A stretch of DNA of 64,000 nt from Candidatus Spongiisociaceae bacterium (GCA_965219685.1 CBDCOH010000002.1:2208001-2272000); one strand, 5' to 3'. Shown: positions 9,638 through 20,590, counted from the first letter of the stretch. Notes: generated by a model not told the origin, from the letters alone. Numbers and translations are program-made.

Positions 9638-10138
9638 CTAGGTTCCCTCGGGCGTCTCGACTCCCCATGTCGAGCAGACCGCCTTGACGATGTTCTGGTA
9701 CCCCGTGCACCGGCACAGGTTGCCCGAGAGCAGATCCACCACCTGCTCCGGTTCCCGGAAGTCGTCGGGGTCGACACTCTCGAGGGTCATCAGGAAGCCC
9801 GCGGTGCAGAAACCGCACTGCATGGCGTGGTTCTCGTGGAATGCCTGCTGCATCGGGGTGAGTTCCCCGTCGGTGGCGAGGTCCTCGACTGTTCTGATGG
9901 TGCTTCCGTCGGCCTGGACGGCCAGGGTCGAGCAGGAGCGAATGGAGTCGCCGTCGACGATCACCGTACAGGCGCCGCAGTAGCCGTGCTCGCACCCCAC
10001 GTGGGTGCCGGTCAGGCCGACCACGTCGCGGATGAAGTCGGATAGCAGCAGGCGGGCAGGAACCCGGTAGGTCACCTGCATCCCGTTGATCGTGACCGAA
10101 ACGTCGGCCTCGCGAGAGCCGTAGTTGGAAGCCATCAA
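9638..10138 (-). CDS. Mo-hydroxylase small (2Fe-2S) subunit, CoxS/XdhC-like
   Basis: GCEHGYCGACTV, QCGFCTAG, NLCRCTGY. Confidence 0.92.
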   Translation of the reverse strand: MMASNYGSREADVSVTINGMQVTYRVPARLLLSDFIRDVVGLTGTHVGCEHGYCGACTVIVDGDSIRSCSTLAVQADGSTIRTVEDLATDGELTPMQQAFHENHAMQCGFCTAGFLMTLESVDPDDFREPEQVVDLLSGNLCRCTGYQNIVKAVCSTWGVETPEGT

Positions 10139-11010
10139 ACCCCCGTCCCATCTCCATTGGATGTGACCGCCGACCGGGCGGCCCTCACCACCAGCGCGCC
10201 GAGCGCCTCCCTGCGGTACTCGGCCGTCGCGTGTACATCGTCGACCGCGTCGGCGGCGTCCTCGTATGCCGCTGCATACACATCCGACCCGTCATCACCT
10301 GGCTCGAATCCCTGCATGGCCCCCTCCGCGCTTGCAATCCGGCTCGCCACACCGCTCACCCCGAAGCTGACCAGCCGCGCCCCGTTGATCCCTCCGCCTC
10401 GAAGGTCGAAGGATGCTGCGATGCCGGCGATGGCGAAGTCACCCGAGCGCCGGGCGATCTCGTCCACAACGGTCACAGTAGCGGGAGGCTCCGCCGGGAA
10501 GTGAACCCCGGTCACGATCTCCCTATGGGCGAGGTCGGTCCAGAAGGGTCCGAGGAAGAAGTCATCCGCCGCTACCGTCCTCTCACCGGCCGGGCCCCGG
10601 ACCGTGAGCGTCGCTCGGGAGGCTATGGCCAGGGCCGGCAGCTCGGCGGCCGGATCGGCGTGGGCGAGGCTACCGCACACCGTACCCCGGTTCCTGATCT
10701 GCAGGTGCCCCACGAAGCGCAGCGCTTTCCGCAGACCGGGCACCAAGCCGGCCACCGCGGCGGAGGCCATGACCCGGCTCTGGGTCACCGAGGCCCCGAT
10801 CGTGACGCCGCCGGAACCCGCCTCCAGACCGTTGAGCCCGTCCACCCCCCTGATGTCCACCAGGAGGTCCGGCAGGGCGAGGCGGAAGTTCATGCTTGGT
10901 ATGAGGCTCTGCCCTCCGGCCAGCACCTTGGCGGCGTCGGAGGAAGCCAGGGCGGCTACCGCATCGCCGATCGTGGAGGGCCGGTAGTAGTCGAAGGCGG
11001 CAGGCTTCAT
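10135..11010 (-). CDS. Mo-hydroxylase FAD subunit, CoxM-like
   Basis: MKPAAFDYYRP, AGGQSL, QIRNRGTVCGSLAHADPAAE. Confidence 0.92.
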   Translation of the reverse strand: MKPAAFDYYRPSTIGDAVAALASSDAAKVLAGGQSLIPSMNFRLALPDLLVDIRGVDGLNGLEAGSGGVTIGASVTQSRVMASAAVAGLVPGLRKALRFVGHLQIRNRGTVCGSLAHADPAAELPALAIASRATLTVRGPAGERTVAADDFFLGPFWTDLAHREIVTGVHFPAEPPATVTVVDEIARRSGDFAIAGIAASFDLRGGGINGARLVSFGVSGVASRIASAEGAMQGFEPGDDGSDVYAAAYEDAADAVDDVHATAEYRREALGALVVRAARSAVTSNGDGTGV

Positions 11011-13445
11011 CGTTCACCCCGTGCGGCCGACGCCTCCCTGATTGCCTGCCGTATTGCGGACGGCGTGACCGGCGTGGCCTTGATCTCGACCCCGAACTCG
11101 GCAAGAGCGTCGGACACCGCCCCGCTCACCACCGCCGCCGGCCCGATCGTGCCTCCCTCCCCGCAGCCCTTCACGCCCAGAGGTTGATCGGGGGAGGGCG
11201 TCTCGAAGTGCTCGACAGTCATCATCGGTACTTCCGAACAGGTGGGATACAGGTACTCCATGAACGAGGCGAATTGGGGCCGGGCCGTCTCGGGGTCGTA
11301 CTGGAAGTGCTCGTACATCGCCCCTGCGATCCCCTGCGCCACTCCGCCGTGGACCTGCCCATCGATGATCATGGGATTGATCATGGTCCCGCAGTCGTGG
11401 ACCACCACGTAGTCCTCGATCCTGATCTCGCCCGTGCTGATCCTCACGCTGACCACGCCGGCGTGGGCTCCGTTCGACCAACTGGCCGCAGCGTTGACCT
11501 TGCCGTCCATGCCGGGGAGGTGCTCGAGTTCGGGCGGCTCGAAGTAACCCGACATCTCGAGGCCGGGCTCCATACCTCTCGGCAGGTCCACCGTGCGGAC
11601 CCAGGCTGCGGTCGCCACCTGTGACCAACTCACTGTCGGCGCTTCGCTGCCTGCCACGTGGAAGTTACCGCCGGACAGCATGACGTCCTCGGCGGCCGCC
11701 TCCAACATGTGGGCCGCTATGTCCCGGGCCTTGGTCATCACCCGATCAGCGGCCATCAGTATCGACCCGCTCATCACGATGGCCGATCGGCTGCCCCACG
11801 CTCCGAGCCCGTACGGGACCCGGTCGGTGTCGCCCATCACCACCGTCACGTCGTCGGGATCCAACCCCAGGGACTCTGCCACCAACTGCGCAGCGGTCGT
11901 CTCGGTGCCCTGGCCCAGGGCGGTGGTGCCGAGCCCCACGCGGGCGGAACCGTCGGGATCGACCCGGAGGGTGGCGGAATCATAACCGGCCCAGTGCCCG
12001 GTGGTGAGGTGGTAGGTGGGGGTGGTGGGCTCCACGTAGTTGGTGTAACCGACCCCCACCCGCACGTCGGGATCGTCGGCGTACTTGGCCTGCACACGCT
12101 CCACGGAGGGGCCGATCAACTCCACGGCCCGCTCCCAGCCCTTGGCGTGCGATCCGGAGTCCACCCTCCCGCCGCCGTGCATCTTGTAGGGCATCTGATC
12201 CTCCTGGAGGATCATCCGGCGGCGGATCTCCACCCGGTCGGTCCCGGTGAGACGGGCCACCCGATCAATGATGCTCTCCATGACGAACATTCCCTCGGGC
12301 ACCCCGAATCCCCGGTAGGCGCCGGCGGGCGTCTTGTTGGTGACCACGCAGAAGTGATGGACCTCCATGTTCGGGAAGTCGTAGCCTCCCGTCAGGCACC
12401 CGCCGGTCACGAACACCGTGGCGGTGCCGGGCATGAAGATCTCGCCGGATCCGACGTCGCAGTAGGCCTTGCAGCGGACGGCCCGGATCGCCCCGTCGTC
12501 GTCATAGGCCACGTCCACGTCGTGGCGCTGGTCCCTCGCGTGCACGGCGGATACCAGGTTCTCGAAGCGGTCCTCGAGCCAGCGGACGGGCCGTCCCAGC
12601 CTGCGGGCTATCCACGGCACGACGATGTCCTCGGGGTACTGGTGGGTCTTGGTGCCGAAGCCCCCTCCCATCGCCGGGCTGATGACCCGGATGCGCGGCT
12701 CGGGAATGCCCGTCATCTCGGCGAGCGTCGTGCGGACGATGTGAGGGCTCTGGGTGGAGGACCAGACCGTGAGATGACCATCAACCTCATCGGCGAGCAC
12801 CCCCCGGCACTCCAGGGGGAGCCCGGTCTGGCGCTGGCTCACGTAGGTGTCGCTGAAGGTGTGATCGGCCTCCTCGAAGGCTTGCGTCACCTCGGGCTTT
12901 TCGGCGGGGAAGTTGACCAGGAAGTTGTCGGGCCAGTCGTCGTAGAGGCGGGGGGCATCCCCGGCCAACGCCTGATCCAGGTCCGCCACGGTAGGAAGCG
13001 GGTCGAACTCGGTGTGCGCAGCCACCAGCGTCGCCGCGTCCTCCGCCACGTACCGGTCGGTGGCGACCACGGCCGCGTAGGGAGAACCGACATATCGCAC
13101 CCGGTCAACCGCGAGGGGCCGCTGGCCCACCGGCTGGATGTAGAGGATCTTGTGCGGGAAGGAGCCCACATCGGCCAGGTCGGCGCCCGTGAACACTGCA
13201 TGCACGCCGGGCAGGGCGAGTGCGGGACCCTTGTCGATGCTGACGATCCGGGCGTGAGCCTCGGGACTCCGCACGAAGGCCACTTCGAGCATGCCGGGCA
13301 GCTTCAGATCGGCGATGTAGCGCTGGCGACCGAGCAGGGAGGACCGATCCTCCCTGCGAGGCACCGCCCTGCCGATGTGTCCGGCCCGATGCCGGATCAT
13401 CGGGTTGATACGCGTGGGACTGTCTACCGTCATCTCTCTCCCCAA
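11007..13445 (-). CDS. xanthine dehydrogenase-family molybdopterin subunit (CoxL-like, not form I CODH)
   Basis: GGGFGTK, AYRGFG, GQGTET, GSRS, GVAQG, KGCGEGG. Confidence 0.9.
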   Translation of the reverse strand: MGREMTVDSPTRINPMIRHRAGHIGRAVPRREDRSSLLGRQRYIADLKLPGMLEVAFVRSPEAHARIVSIDKGPALALPGVHAVFTGADLADVGSFPHKILYIQPVGQRPLAVDRVRYVGSPYAAVVATDRYVAEDAATLVAAHTEFDPLPTVADLDQALAGDAPRLYDDWPDNFLVNFPAEKPEVTQAFEEADHTFSDTYVSQRQTGLPLECRGVLADEVDGHLTVWSSTQSPHIVRTTLAEMTGIPEPRIRVISPAMGGGFGTKTHQYPEDIVVPWIARRLGRPVRWLEDRFENLVSAVHARDQRHDVDVAYDDDGAIRAVRCKAYCDVGSGEIFMPGTATVFVTGGCLTGGYDFPNMEVHHFCVVTNKTPAGAYRGFGVPEGMFVMESIIDRVARLTGTDRVEIRRRMILQEDQMPYKMHGGGRVDSGSHAKGWERAVELIGPSVERVQAKYADDPDVRVGVGYTNYVEPTTPTYHLTTGHWAGYDSATLRVDPDGSARVGLGTTALGQGTETTAAQLVAESLGLDPDDVTVVMGDTDRVPYGLGAWGSRSAIVMSGSILMAADRVMTKARDIAAHMLEAAAEDVMLSGGNFHVAGSEAPTVSWSQVATAAWVRTVDLPRGMEPGLEMSGYFEPPELEHLPGMDGKVNAAASWSNGAHAGVVSVRISTGEIRIEDYVVVHDCGTMINPMIIDGQVHGGVAQGIAGAMYEHFQYDPETARPQFASFMEYLYPTCSEVPMMTVEHFETPSPDQPLGVKGCGEGGTIGPAAVVSGAVSDALAEFGVEIKATPVTPSAIRQAIREASAARGER

Positions 13446-13487
13446 CCTCCCGCGTCAACCCCTCGAACGGGGACTCCTACCGGGTCG

Positions 13488-13505
13488 AGATTATTGATGT
13501 AATCT
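13488..13505. promoter_or_regulatory. palindromic operator candidate upstream of the Mo-hydroxylase operon
   Basis: AGATTA-N6-TAATCT. Confidence 0.4.
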
Positions 13506-13878
13506 AACACGGCCCGCTTTGGTCTGTTGTCAGAACGGCGCCGGCAAGCTGCGTCGGAACCCTATCCGACGAGTCGGCACACCCATCCACTCGGTCGGCC
13601 GTGTCACAGGCCCGCTACATACTGGTATGCAGCCGTAAACACCACCGGTCCGTTGTGCGGTACCGACCGGGCCGGGTCAGGGATTATGTTCGCGGAACCG
13701 ACCCTTGAAGGGCCGGCGGGACGCGTTCGGAGACAGAGGAGGTGGTGGCGGGGGCGGGCCCTACGGAGGGATCCCGTCCGCCGTTTTTCGCGTTCTCCGT
13801 CCCTGGGCCCTGACCGGTGGTGTGGTTGGCGCGCTCCTGCTTCTTCGGGGGAGGCCCCGTAAGTCACAAAGCCGAGGG

Positions 13879-14790
13879 TCAGCGCTCGCCCCGGTGGTAG
13901 GGGATCGTGAGGGACAGCGGCACGTTGGAGCGGCTGCGGTTGAAGACCAGCGCCACGATGGTGAGGACGAAGGGCAATGCCAGCAGCAGCTGGTAGGGAA
14001 GATCGACGTCGCTTGCCTGCAGAGCGAGCTGGGTGGCCTCCAGGAATCCGAACAGCAGCGAACCCACCAACACCCAGGTGGCCCTCCAGTTTCCGAAGAT
14101 CACGATCGCCAGCGCGATCCAACCCCGGCCGGAGATGATGTCAGGGAAGAACAGGCCGGTAGATCCGAGGGAGAGGAAGGACCCGGCCAGGCCGGCCATC
14201 ACTCCGCCGAACACCACCGCCACGTACTGGCGGGAGATGATGCCCACCCCGCGCATGTCGCAAGCCTCGGGATTGTGCCCGACACTCCGTAGCTCGAGCC
14301 CGTACTTGGTCCGGTAGAGAAACACCCACACGATCGGGACCATCACGAACGCGAGCATGGTAAGCCATGGAATGGGGAATATCTCCCAGGGAGCCTCCAT
14401 CGTCTCGACTGTGGGGATATCGATGCTTCCCTCGGCCTCGTAGATGGATCGGTACCAGAAGAAGGCCAGACCTAGACCCAGGATGTTGAGAGCCAAGCCG
14501 GCCACCACCTGATTCACCTTGGCGGTCACGGTCATCAGCGCCATGATGAGCGAAAGGAAGGCACCACCGAGAGCGGCAGCCACCAAGCCGGCCAGAATGC
14601 TGCCCGTCTCGTTGGCGATGTAGAAGCCGGCGAAGGCGCCCATCGTCATGGTTCCCTCAAGGCTGAGGTTCAGGATGCCGCTGCTCTCGCAGACCAACTC
14701 TCCCAGGGCCGCGAGGAGGAGGGGGGTGGCGATCCGCAGCGTGGCCCAGAAAATCCCGACGATGACGGCGCTGGTGAAGAGGTCTTCCAT
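13879..14790 (-). CDS. ABC permease (nucleoside type, BPD_transp_2)
   Basis: ATPLLLAALGELVCESSGILNLSLEG; GRGWIALAIVIFGNW. Confidence 0.9.
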   Translation of the reverse strand: MEDLFTSAVIVGIFWATLRIATPLLLAALGELVCESSGILNLSLEGTMTMGAFAGFYIANETGSILAGLVAAALGGAFLSLIMALMTVTAKVNQVVAGLALNILGLGLAFFWYRSIYEAEGSIDIPTVETMEAPWEIFPIPWLTMLAFVMVPIVWVFLYRTKYGLELRSVGHNPEACDMRGVGIISRQYVAVVFGGVMAGLAGSFLSLGSTGLFFPDIISGRGWIALAIVIFGNWRATWVLVGSLLFGFLEATQLALQASDVDLPYQLLLALPFVLTIVALVFNRSRSNVPLSLTIPYHRGER

Positions 14791-14791
14791 G

Positions 14792-15928
14792 TCAGCCGGC
14801 CTTCCGGATCCGGTACCTCGACACCATCGCCGCGATCAGGACCAGAGCCAGGGTGGTCCCCTCGATCACGAACACCAGCGCCTTCGGGATGCCGGTCTCG
14901 TACTGCATGGCGGTTGACCCGTTGACGAGGGCACCGAACAGTACGGCAGCCACGATCACGCCGAGAGGGTGTAGGCGGGCCACCAGGGCGATGATGATGC
15001 CCGTGAAACCGATGCCTTCGGCGATGTCGAGTTGGACACGGTGGTGCAGTCCCAGCAGTTCCCCGGCACCGGCGATACCGGCCAGGGCACCGGAGATGGC
15101 CATGGTGGCGAGGGTCACGGTACCGACCCTGATTCCCTTGTAGCGAGAGGCGACCACGTTGGAGCCGATCCCCCTTATCTCGTATCCCAGGGTGGTGCGT
15201 CGGATGAGCCAGTAGATCACCAGCGCTGCGAGCAGCGCGACCGCGAAACCCCAGTGAAGGCGGCTACCGGTGAAGAACCGGGGCAGGTAGGACGAGTCCG
15301 CCATTCGCTCGGTCTGGTAGTAGAAGGTGTCAGGCGACTGCCAGGGCCCGGCCAGCAGGTAGGAGAGGATGTAGAGGATCACGAAGTTGAGCATGACCGT
15401 GGTGAGGATCTCGTTGGTCCCGTAGCGGACCAGCAGGCCGCTGGCGACTGAGGCCCAGGCCGCACCCGCCAAGGCCGCGAAGATGAACATGGCCACGAAC
15501 AGCAGCGGCGCGGGCAGCCCTCCCCACGTGTCGTAGACGAACCACGTGCCCATGACACCGGCAAAGAACTGGCCCTCGGCGCCGATGTTCCAGACCCCGG
15601 CCCGGAACGCGATCGCGGCCGCCAGACCGGTAAGGATCAACGGTGTCGCCTGCACCAGGGTCTCCAGCGTGGACTCCCAGTTGCCGAATGCCCCGTTGTA
15701 CAGGGCGGCGAAGGAATCGGCCGGGCTCTTCCCGATGATCAGCACCAGGGCGGCGATGATGGCCACCGCCACCACGAGCGCCACCACCAGGGTGACGAAC
15801 TCGTGCCATGGGCGGACCACCAGCCGCTTCTCGATCCGCCAGGCACCGGACTGGAACAGCATCGACAGCGGGTCCCGGCGGTTGGCGCCGGGCGGCGCCT
15901 GGGTCTCGGGAGGAGCTTGGTCGGTCAT
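14792..15928 (-). CDS. ABC permease (nucleoside type)
   Basis: ATPLILTGLAAAIAFRAGVWNIGAEGQ; NEILTTVMLN. Confidence 0.9.
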   Translation of the reverse strand: MTDQAPPETQAPPGANRRDPLSMLFQSGAWRIEKRLVVRPWHEFVTLVVALVVAVAIIAALVLIIGKSPADSFAALYNGAFGNWESTLETLVQATPLILTGLAAAIAFRAGVWNIGAEGQFFAGVMGTWFVYDTWGGLPAPLLFVAMFIFAALAGAAWASVASGLLVRYGTNEILTTVMLNFVILYILSYLLAGPWQSPDTFYYQTERMADSSYLPRFFTGSRLHWGFAVALLAALVIYWLIRRTTLGYEIRGIGSNVVASRYKGIRVGTVTLATMAISGALAGIAGAGELLGLHHRVQLDIAEGIGFTGIIIALVARLHPLGVIVAAVLFGALVNGSTAMQYETGIPKALVFVIEGTTLALVLIAAMVSRYRIRKAG

Positions 15929-17460
15929 GGCGCCGATCCGGACTCGACCGTGTCGGCACCGGCCATGCTCAAGCCGAGGGTCTCCAAGTCCGCCTGTTCG
16001 GGGGTGGTCACGGAGACGATCCGACCGTCGTAGATCACCGCGATCCGGTCCGAGAGTTGGAAGATCTCGTCGAGGTCCTCGGACATCAACAGCACCGCCG
16101 CGCCGCGGTCCCGCTCCTCCAGCAATCTGCGCCTGACGTACTCGCTGGCGGAGATGTCCAACCCGCGAGTGGGCTGGTGAGCGAGCAGGAGTTCCGGATG
16201 GCCCGACAGCTCACGGGCCATGATCACCTTCTGCAGGTTGCCGCCCGAGAGGGTGCGGGTGGGCTGCGATGCCGAGGGTGTCCTGATGTCGTAGCCCTCG
16301 ATCGACTCGGCGGCGAAGGCGTCGATGGCGTTCCGGTTGAGGACCCCGCCCCTCGAGTAGGGACCTGAGCGGTGACGGCCCAGCACCAGGTTCTCCTTGA
16401 CCTTGAAGTCCATCAGGAGACCCTGCGCGATCCGATCAGCCGGAACGCTGGCCACCCCGAGCCGGGCGATCCGGCTGGAGGACAACTCGCCGATGTCCAC
16501 TCCGCCGATCCGGATAGTGCCGCTGGACGGCTTCTCGACCCCGACCAAGGCGTCGAAGAGGCCGTTCTGGCCGTTGCCGGAGACGCCGGCGAGGCCGACC
16601 ACCTCTCCCGCGTGGACCGTGAGGGAGAGACCCTTGAGAGAGCCCCGACCGGTGACGCTCTCCAGATGGATTTCGTCCACCTCGAGAACCGGACCGCCGG
16701 GATGCGACCGCTCCTTGTCGAACTGGAACAGCACCTCGCGTCCCACCATCATCTGGGCCAGGTCCCGCATCTCGACATCGGCGGTGTTGACGGTGCCGAC
16801 CACCTTGCCGAGCCGCAACACCGTCACCCGGTCGGACAGCTCCATCACCTCTTTGAGCTTGTGGGTGATCAGGATGATGGTCAGGCCGTCGTCCCGCATC
16901 CGGCGAAGGGTGCGGAACAGCTCCTGCACGCCCTGGGGCGTGAGGACGGCGGTCGGCTCGTCGAGGATCAGTACCTCCACACCGAAGTAGAGCGTCTTGA
17001 AGATCTCGACCCACTGCTGCTCCCCGACAGACAGGCGTCCGACCTCCGCGTCGGGATCGATCTCCACGTCGTAGTTACGGAAGAACTCGTTGAGCCGGTC
17101 GCGAACCTCCGACAGGTCGAGCCACTGGCTGGCCCCGGTCCCGATGACCACGTTCTCGACCACCGACATCGGAGGTACCAGCTCGAAGTGCTGATGCACC
17201 ATTCCGATACCGGCCGCAATGGCGTCCCTCGGGGTCTGGAGCTCCAGTAACTCGTCGTTGAGCCGGACAGATCCCTCGTCGGGGCGGTACACCCCGTAGA
17301 GAATGTCGGCCAGGGTGGTCTTTCCGGCCCCGTTCTCGCCGAGAACGCAGTGGATCTCACCGCGGTAGATGTCGACGCTCACTGCGTCGTTGGCGACCAC
17401 CCCAGGGAAGCGCTTGGTTACCCGATCCACAGCCAGGATCGTCTCAGTCACCGAGTTCAC
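15925..17460 (-). CDS. ABC ATP-binding protein with tandem nucleotide-binding domains
   Basis: GENGAGKTT, LILDEPT, LSGGNLQK, PTRGLD. Confidence 0.92.
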   Translation of the reverse strand: MNSVTETILAVDRVTKRFPGVVANDAVSVDIYRGEIHCVLGENGAGKTTLADILYGVYRPDEGSVRLNDELLELQTPRDAIAAGIGMVHQHFELVPPMSVVENVVIGTGASQWLDLSEVRDRLNEFFRNYDVEIDPDAEVGRLSVGEQQWVEIFKTLYFGVEVLILDEPTAVLTPQGVQELFRTLRRMRDDGLTIILITHKLKEVMELSDRVTVLRLGKVVGTVNTADVEMRDLAQMMVGREVLFQFDKERSHPGGPVLEVDEIHLESVTGRGSLKGLSLTVHAGEVVGLAGVSGNGQNGLFDALVGVEKPSSGTIRIGGVDIGELSSSRIARLGVASVPADRIAQGLLMDFKVKENLVLGRHRSGPYSRGGVLNRNAIDAFAAESIEGYDIRTPSASQPTRTLSGGNLQKVIMARELSGHPELLLAHQPTRGLDISASEYVRRRLLEERDRGAAVLLMSEDLDEIFQLSDRIAVIYDGRIVSVTTPEQADLETLGLSMAGADTVESGSAP

Positions 17461-17496
17461 TCCCCCGAGGTGTTGGATCCATTCCGATGATCGGAC

Positions 17497-18678
17497 CTAC
17501 TCGATCGGATCGGTCTTCAGTTCAACCGTGAGAAGCCCGTTCAGTATCGCCTGCTCGGCCTGCGCGACGCCGTCCCGGACGTCGGCGGGAACCAGGTCAC
17601 TGATCTCGCCGAGCGCGGACCCGCCGTCGACCATCGAGGTGTAGACGATCCGCTCCATCGGGGCGTCGTAGGGAACGCCCTCGGTGGTGTAGGCGTACCA
17701 GGCGTCAACAAGGTCCATGAAGGCGGCGTCCCAACGGGCGACCGCGCTGGTGAGCACTATGTCGGAAAGGCCCAACTGGTCGGTGAAGTGACCGAAAGCC
17801 AGGACGTTGCCTGCCTCCTCGGCGGCCGCGAACGGGCCGAAGCGCTCGGCATAGATCATGTCGGAACCGGCCGCGATCTGGGCGGCGGCCGCCTCCTGGG
17901 CGGTGGCCGGGTCGAACCAACTCTCGATGTAGGCCACATCGAAGGTGATCTCACCCTTGCCCAACTGCGCGGCCGCCGTCCTGGCTCCGTCTATGAAGGC
18001 ATGGAGCGGACCGTTGACGTTGGGGAACGGGAAGGCCGCCACACCGCTGATGTGGTTGGTCTGGGTCATGGCCCCGGCGATGAGCCCGGCCAGGAAGGCC
18101 GGCTCGTGGATGAAGACGTCGATCCAGTAGCCGTTACCTCCCGTGGGCTCGTTGCCGGATCCGGAGAAGGCGAACAGGATGTCCGGGTAGTCGTCCTTGA
18201 CCGCGGCGACCGCATCCGAGTAGGTGCTGTGGGCCACGATGATCTCGTAGTCACCTGTCTGGGCCAGGTCCCGGATCACGCGCTCACCGTCGGCGTAGGG
18301 GATCTCCTCGATCTGCTCCAGGGTGACCGTCAAACCGTGGGGCATCTCGTCGGCCACCCGGTGGACCGAGTCGATGAAGGTAGCGTACCAACCCTCTTCC
18401 TTGGTACCCAGCATGATCATTGCCACGTCCAACTCGGTCGGGCCCATCGGCTCCTCTTCTGCGGGCTCCTCCATCTCGGCCTCTGTGGTGGCCGGGGCCG
18501 CCGTGGTATCCGGTGCGGCGGTGGTAGCCGGCGCCGCGGTCGTGGTCGGGGCCGCGGTAGTCGTCGGCGCCGCAGTTGTAGCGGCCGGCTCGTCGTCGCC
18601 ACAGGCCCCGGCGATCATTGCCAGAGCTATGAAGGCCGCAGCCAACGTAAACGCCCGGCGTTCCCTGAATCTCCTCAT
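17497..18678 (-). CDS. BMP/PnrA-family substrate-binding lipoprotein
   Basis: Lipobox AGAC, TTAAP repeats, HEPAFLAG, SWFDPATA. Confidence 0.9.
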   Translation of the reverse strand: MRRFRERRAFTLAAAFIALAMIAGACGDDEPAATTAAPTTTAAPTTTAAPATTAAPDTTAAPATTEAEMEEPAEEEPMGPTELDVAMIMLGTKEEGWYATFIDSVHRVADEMPHGLTVTLEQIEEIPYADGERVIRDLAQTGDYEIIVAHSTYSDAVAAVKDDYPDILFAFSGSGNEPTGGNGYWIDVFIHEPAFLAGLIAGAMTQTNHISGVAAFPFPNVNGPLHAFIDGARTAAAQLGKGEITFDVAYIESWFDPATAQEAAAAQIAAGSDMIYAERFGPFAAAEEAGNVLAFGHFTDQLGLSDIVLTSAVARWDAAFMDLVDAWYAYTTEGVPYDAPMERIVYTSMVDGGSALGEISDLVPADVRDGVAQAEQAILNGLLTVELKTDPIE

Positions 18679-18855
18679 CGGGACTTCCTCCTCGTTTCGT
18701 CGCTTGTCCTATCGGACCGCGAGATTGCTCCGCCCGGAACTCCGATCTCGAATCGAATTCGTGCTCGAATCTGATCTCGCGCGCGCTAGCACGCACGGTG
18801 CCTTACACGCCCCCTGCACGATAGCGAGATGCGGACGGATGCACATAACAAAGAG

Positions 18856-20460
18856 CTAGGAACTTGAGAGCACCGGCTTACCGCGAATGCGGTACGGGGG
18901 CCACCAGCGGCGCAGACCCAGGTCCTCGACGATCACGTTGGCGGCGTTGTAGCCCGGGCCGAAGTGGATCGAACCCCCCGGATGGCAGGCCGATCCGCAC
19001 ATGTAGAGGCCTTCGATGGGGGTCCGGTAGCCGCTCGCCTCCGGGAAGGGGCGGTTGATCCCCCACTGGTCGTTCGTGTAGGCGCCCTGGCGGCAACCGC
19101 CGCCCACCATGTTGATGATCCGGTTCTGGATATCGTCGGGGGTGTATGCATAGGTTGCGAGCATGTTGTCCCTGGTGAGGTTGGGTGCGTACTCGGCCCA
19201 GCGGGCCCTCATCCGCTCCAACAGGTCGTCCTTGATGTCGTTGTAGGTCTTGGCGCCGTTCTCCAGTTTGTCGGCGGGGGGACCGAACTGCCAGAACAGC
19301 AGCGTGTGCTTGCCGGCGGGCGCATAGGTGGGATCGATCACCGTGTGACAGCATGCGTCGCCACCCAGCGCCGAAGGGACCCTACCGTTGCCGATCTCCT
19401 CCCAGTGCCGGTCCAGTTCTTCGAGGGTGTTGACACCGAAGAAGATCGCCAGCCCCTTGTTGGCCTCCTCCGAGTACTTGGCCGAGTAGTCGGGCGCCAC
19501 CTCGGATGCGGCGTGGAAGCCGAAGAGGGCGGTGTGGTACTCGATCTCCCATTCCCGGCACCGCTCCGCGACCTCGGGCGAAAGGTGCTCCTCCCCCACC
19601 ATCTGAAGGAAGGTCGCCGGGGGGTCGACCGCCGAAGCGACGAACTTCTCGGCGCGGAAGGTCTTCCCTTCGGAGGTGCGGACGCCCACGGCCCTTCCGC
19701 CCTCGATGATGATTTTCTCCACGTGCTCACCGGTGAGGATGATCCCCCCGCTGGCATGGAAGAACGCGGCCAGCGACTGGGCGATCTGGTGGGTTCCGCC
19801 CCGCACGATGCTGAGGCGCGGCGAAGCGGCGTACCGCATGAAGAAGTCGCCCACCCCGGTGGCGAAGTCCGGCATTCCCCGCACGCAGGCGTTCATGGCG
19901 ATCCAGGTCTTTAGACGGTCGCTCTCGTACAGGTAGTCGAGCACCTCCCTGCCGCTCATGTCGCACATCTTCTGGTACTCGGCCCGGTCCTCGTCCCCGA
20001 GACCCACTCCCCGCTCGGAGGTCGGTTTGGGAGGTGCGTAGAACTCCTCCTCGACCTTGGTGAGGAACCGGTGGTACAGGTCCTCCATCGTGTCGAGGTC
20101 GGCCTTGGGGATCACGTCTTTGAACTGTTGGTAGGTGCGCTGCGGGTCGTCGGTGTAGGTGAGGAGTTCGGCGCCGTCCTCGAACAGATACGCCCGCTCC
20201 ACCTCGCCCCGCATCAGCTTGAGGCCGTACCGGTGCAACTCGAAGTCCTGGTGGGGGGGCCCGTAGGACCAGATGAAGTTGGCGTGCAGGTTGTGGTAGA
20301 AGCCCGGCCTGGTGACCTCCTCGGTGATGGTCGCCCCGCCGTACGCCAGCCGCCGCTCCAGAACCAGAACCCGCAGGCCCTGGCGCGCCATGTAGCCACC
20401 CAACGTCAGGCCGTTGTAGCCCCCACCGACAATGATCCCGTCAAAGGTTCCGTCCACCAC
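18856..20460 (-). CDS. phytoene desaturase-family FAD oxidoreductase
   Basis: IVGGGYNGL, LERR, DPTYAPAGKH, YRTPIEGLYMCGSACHPGG; RBS favours GTG 20460. Confidence 0.85.
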   Translation of the reverse strand: MVDGTFDGIIVGGGYNGLTLGGYMARQGLRVLVLERRLAYGGATITEEVTRPGFYHNLHANFIWSYGPPHQDFELHRYGLKLMRGEVERAYLFEDGAELLTYTDDPQRTYQQFKDVIPKADLDTMEDLYHRFLTKVEEEFYAPPKPTSERGVGLGDEDRAEYQKMCDMSGREVLDYLYESDRLKTWIAMNACVRGMPDFATGVGDFFMRYAASPRLSIVRGGTHQIAQSLAAFFHASGGIILTGEHVEKIIIEGGRAVGVRTSEGKTFRAEKFVASAVDPPATFLQMVGEEHLSPEVAERCREWEIEYHTALFGFHAASEVAPDYSAKYSEEANKGLAIFFGVNTLEELDRHWEEIGNGRVPSALGGDACCHTVIDPTYAPAGKHTLLFWQFGPPADKLENGAKTYNDIKDDLLERMRARWAEYAPNLTRDNMLATYAYTPDDIQNRIINMVGGGCRQGAYTNDQWGINRPFPEASGYRTPIEGLYMCGSACHPGGSIHFGPGYNAANVIVEDLGLRRWWPPYRIRGKPVLSSS

Positions 20461-20590
20461 GCGCGCCCTCTCCGTTCCCGTACTCTGCGGGCTGAATATT
20501 GGTACCATCTATATCTGTTTGTCAAACGATCTATCCGGCCCACACTCGCCCGACTGGTCCCGGAGGACTGGCTGCCCGCGAGCAAGGGTC

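Noticed and set aside
11007-13445. Aerobic CO dehydrogenase
   Set aside because: The active-site loop is AYRGFG, not the form I AYxCSFR; the context points to heterocycle hydroxylation
11658-13502. Long antisense ORFs (e.g. 614 aa here, also 8651-10045, 27865-29262)
   Set aside because: Shadow frames of real GC-rich genes on the opposite strand, with no recognisable motifs
18485-18585. Tandem repeats in BMP genes (also near 23940-24010)
   Set aside because: They encode ordinary TTAAP low-complexity lipoprotein linkers
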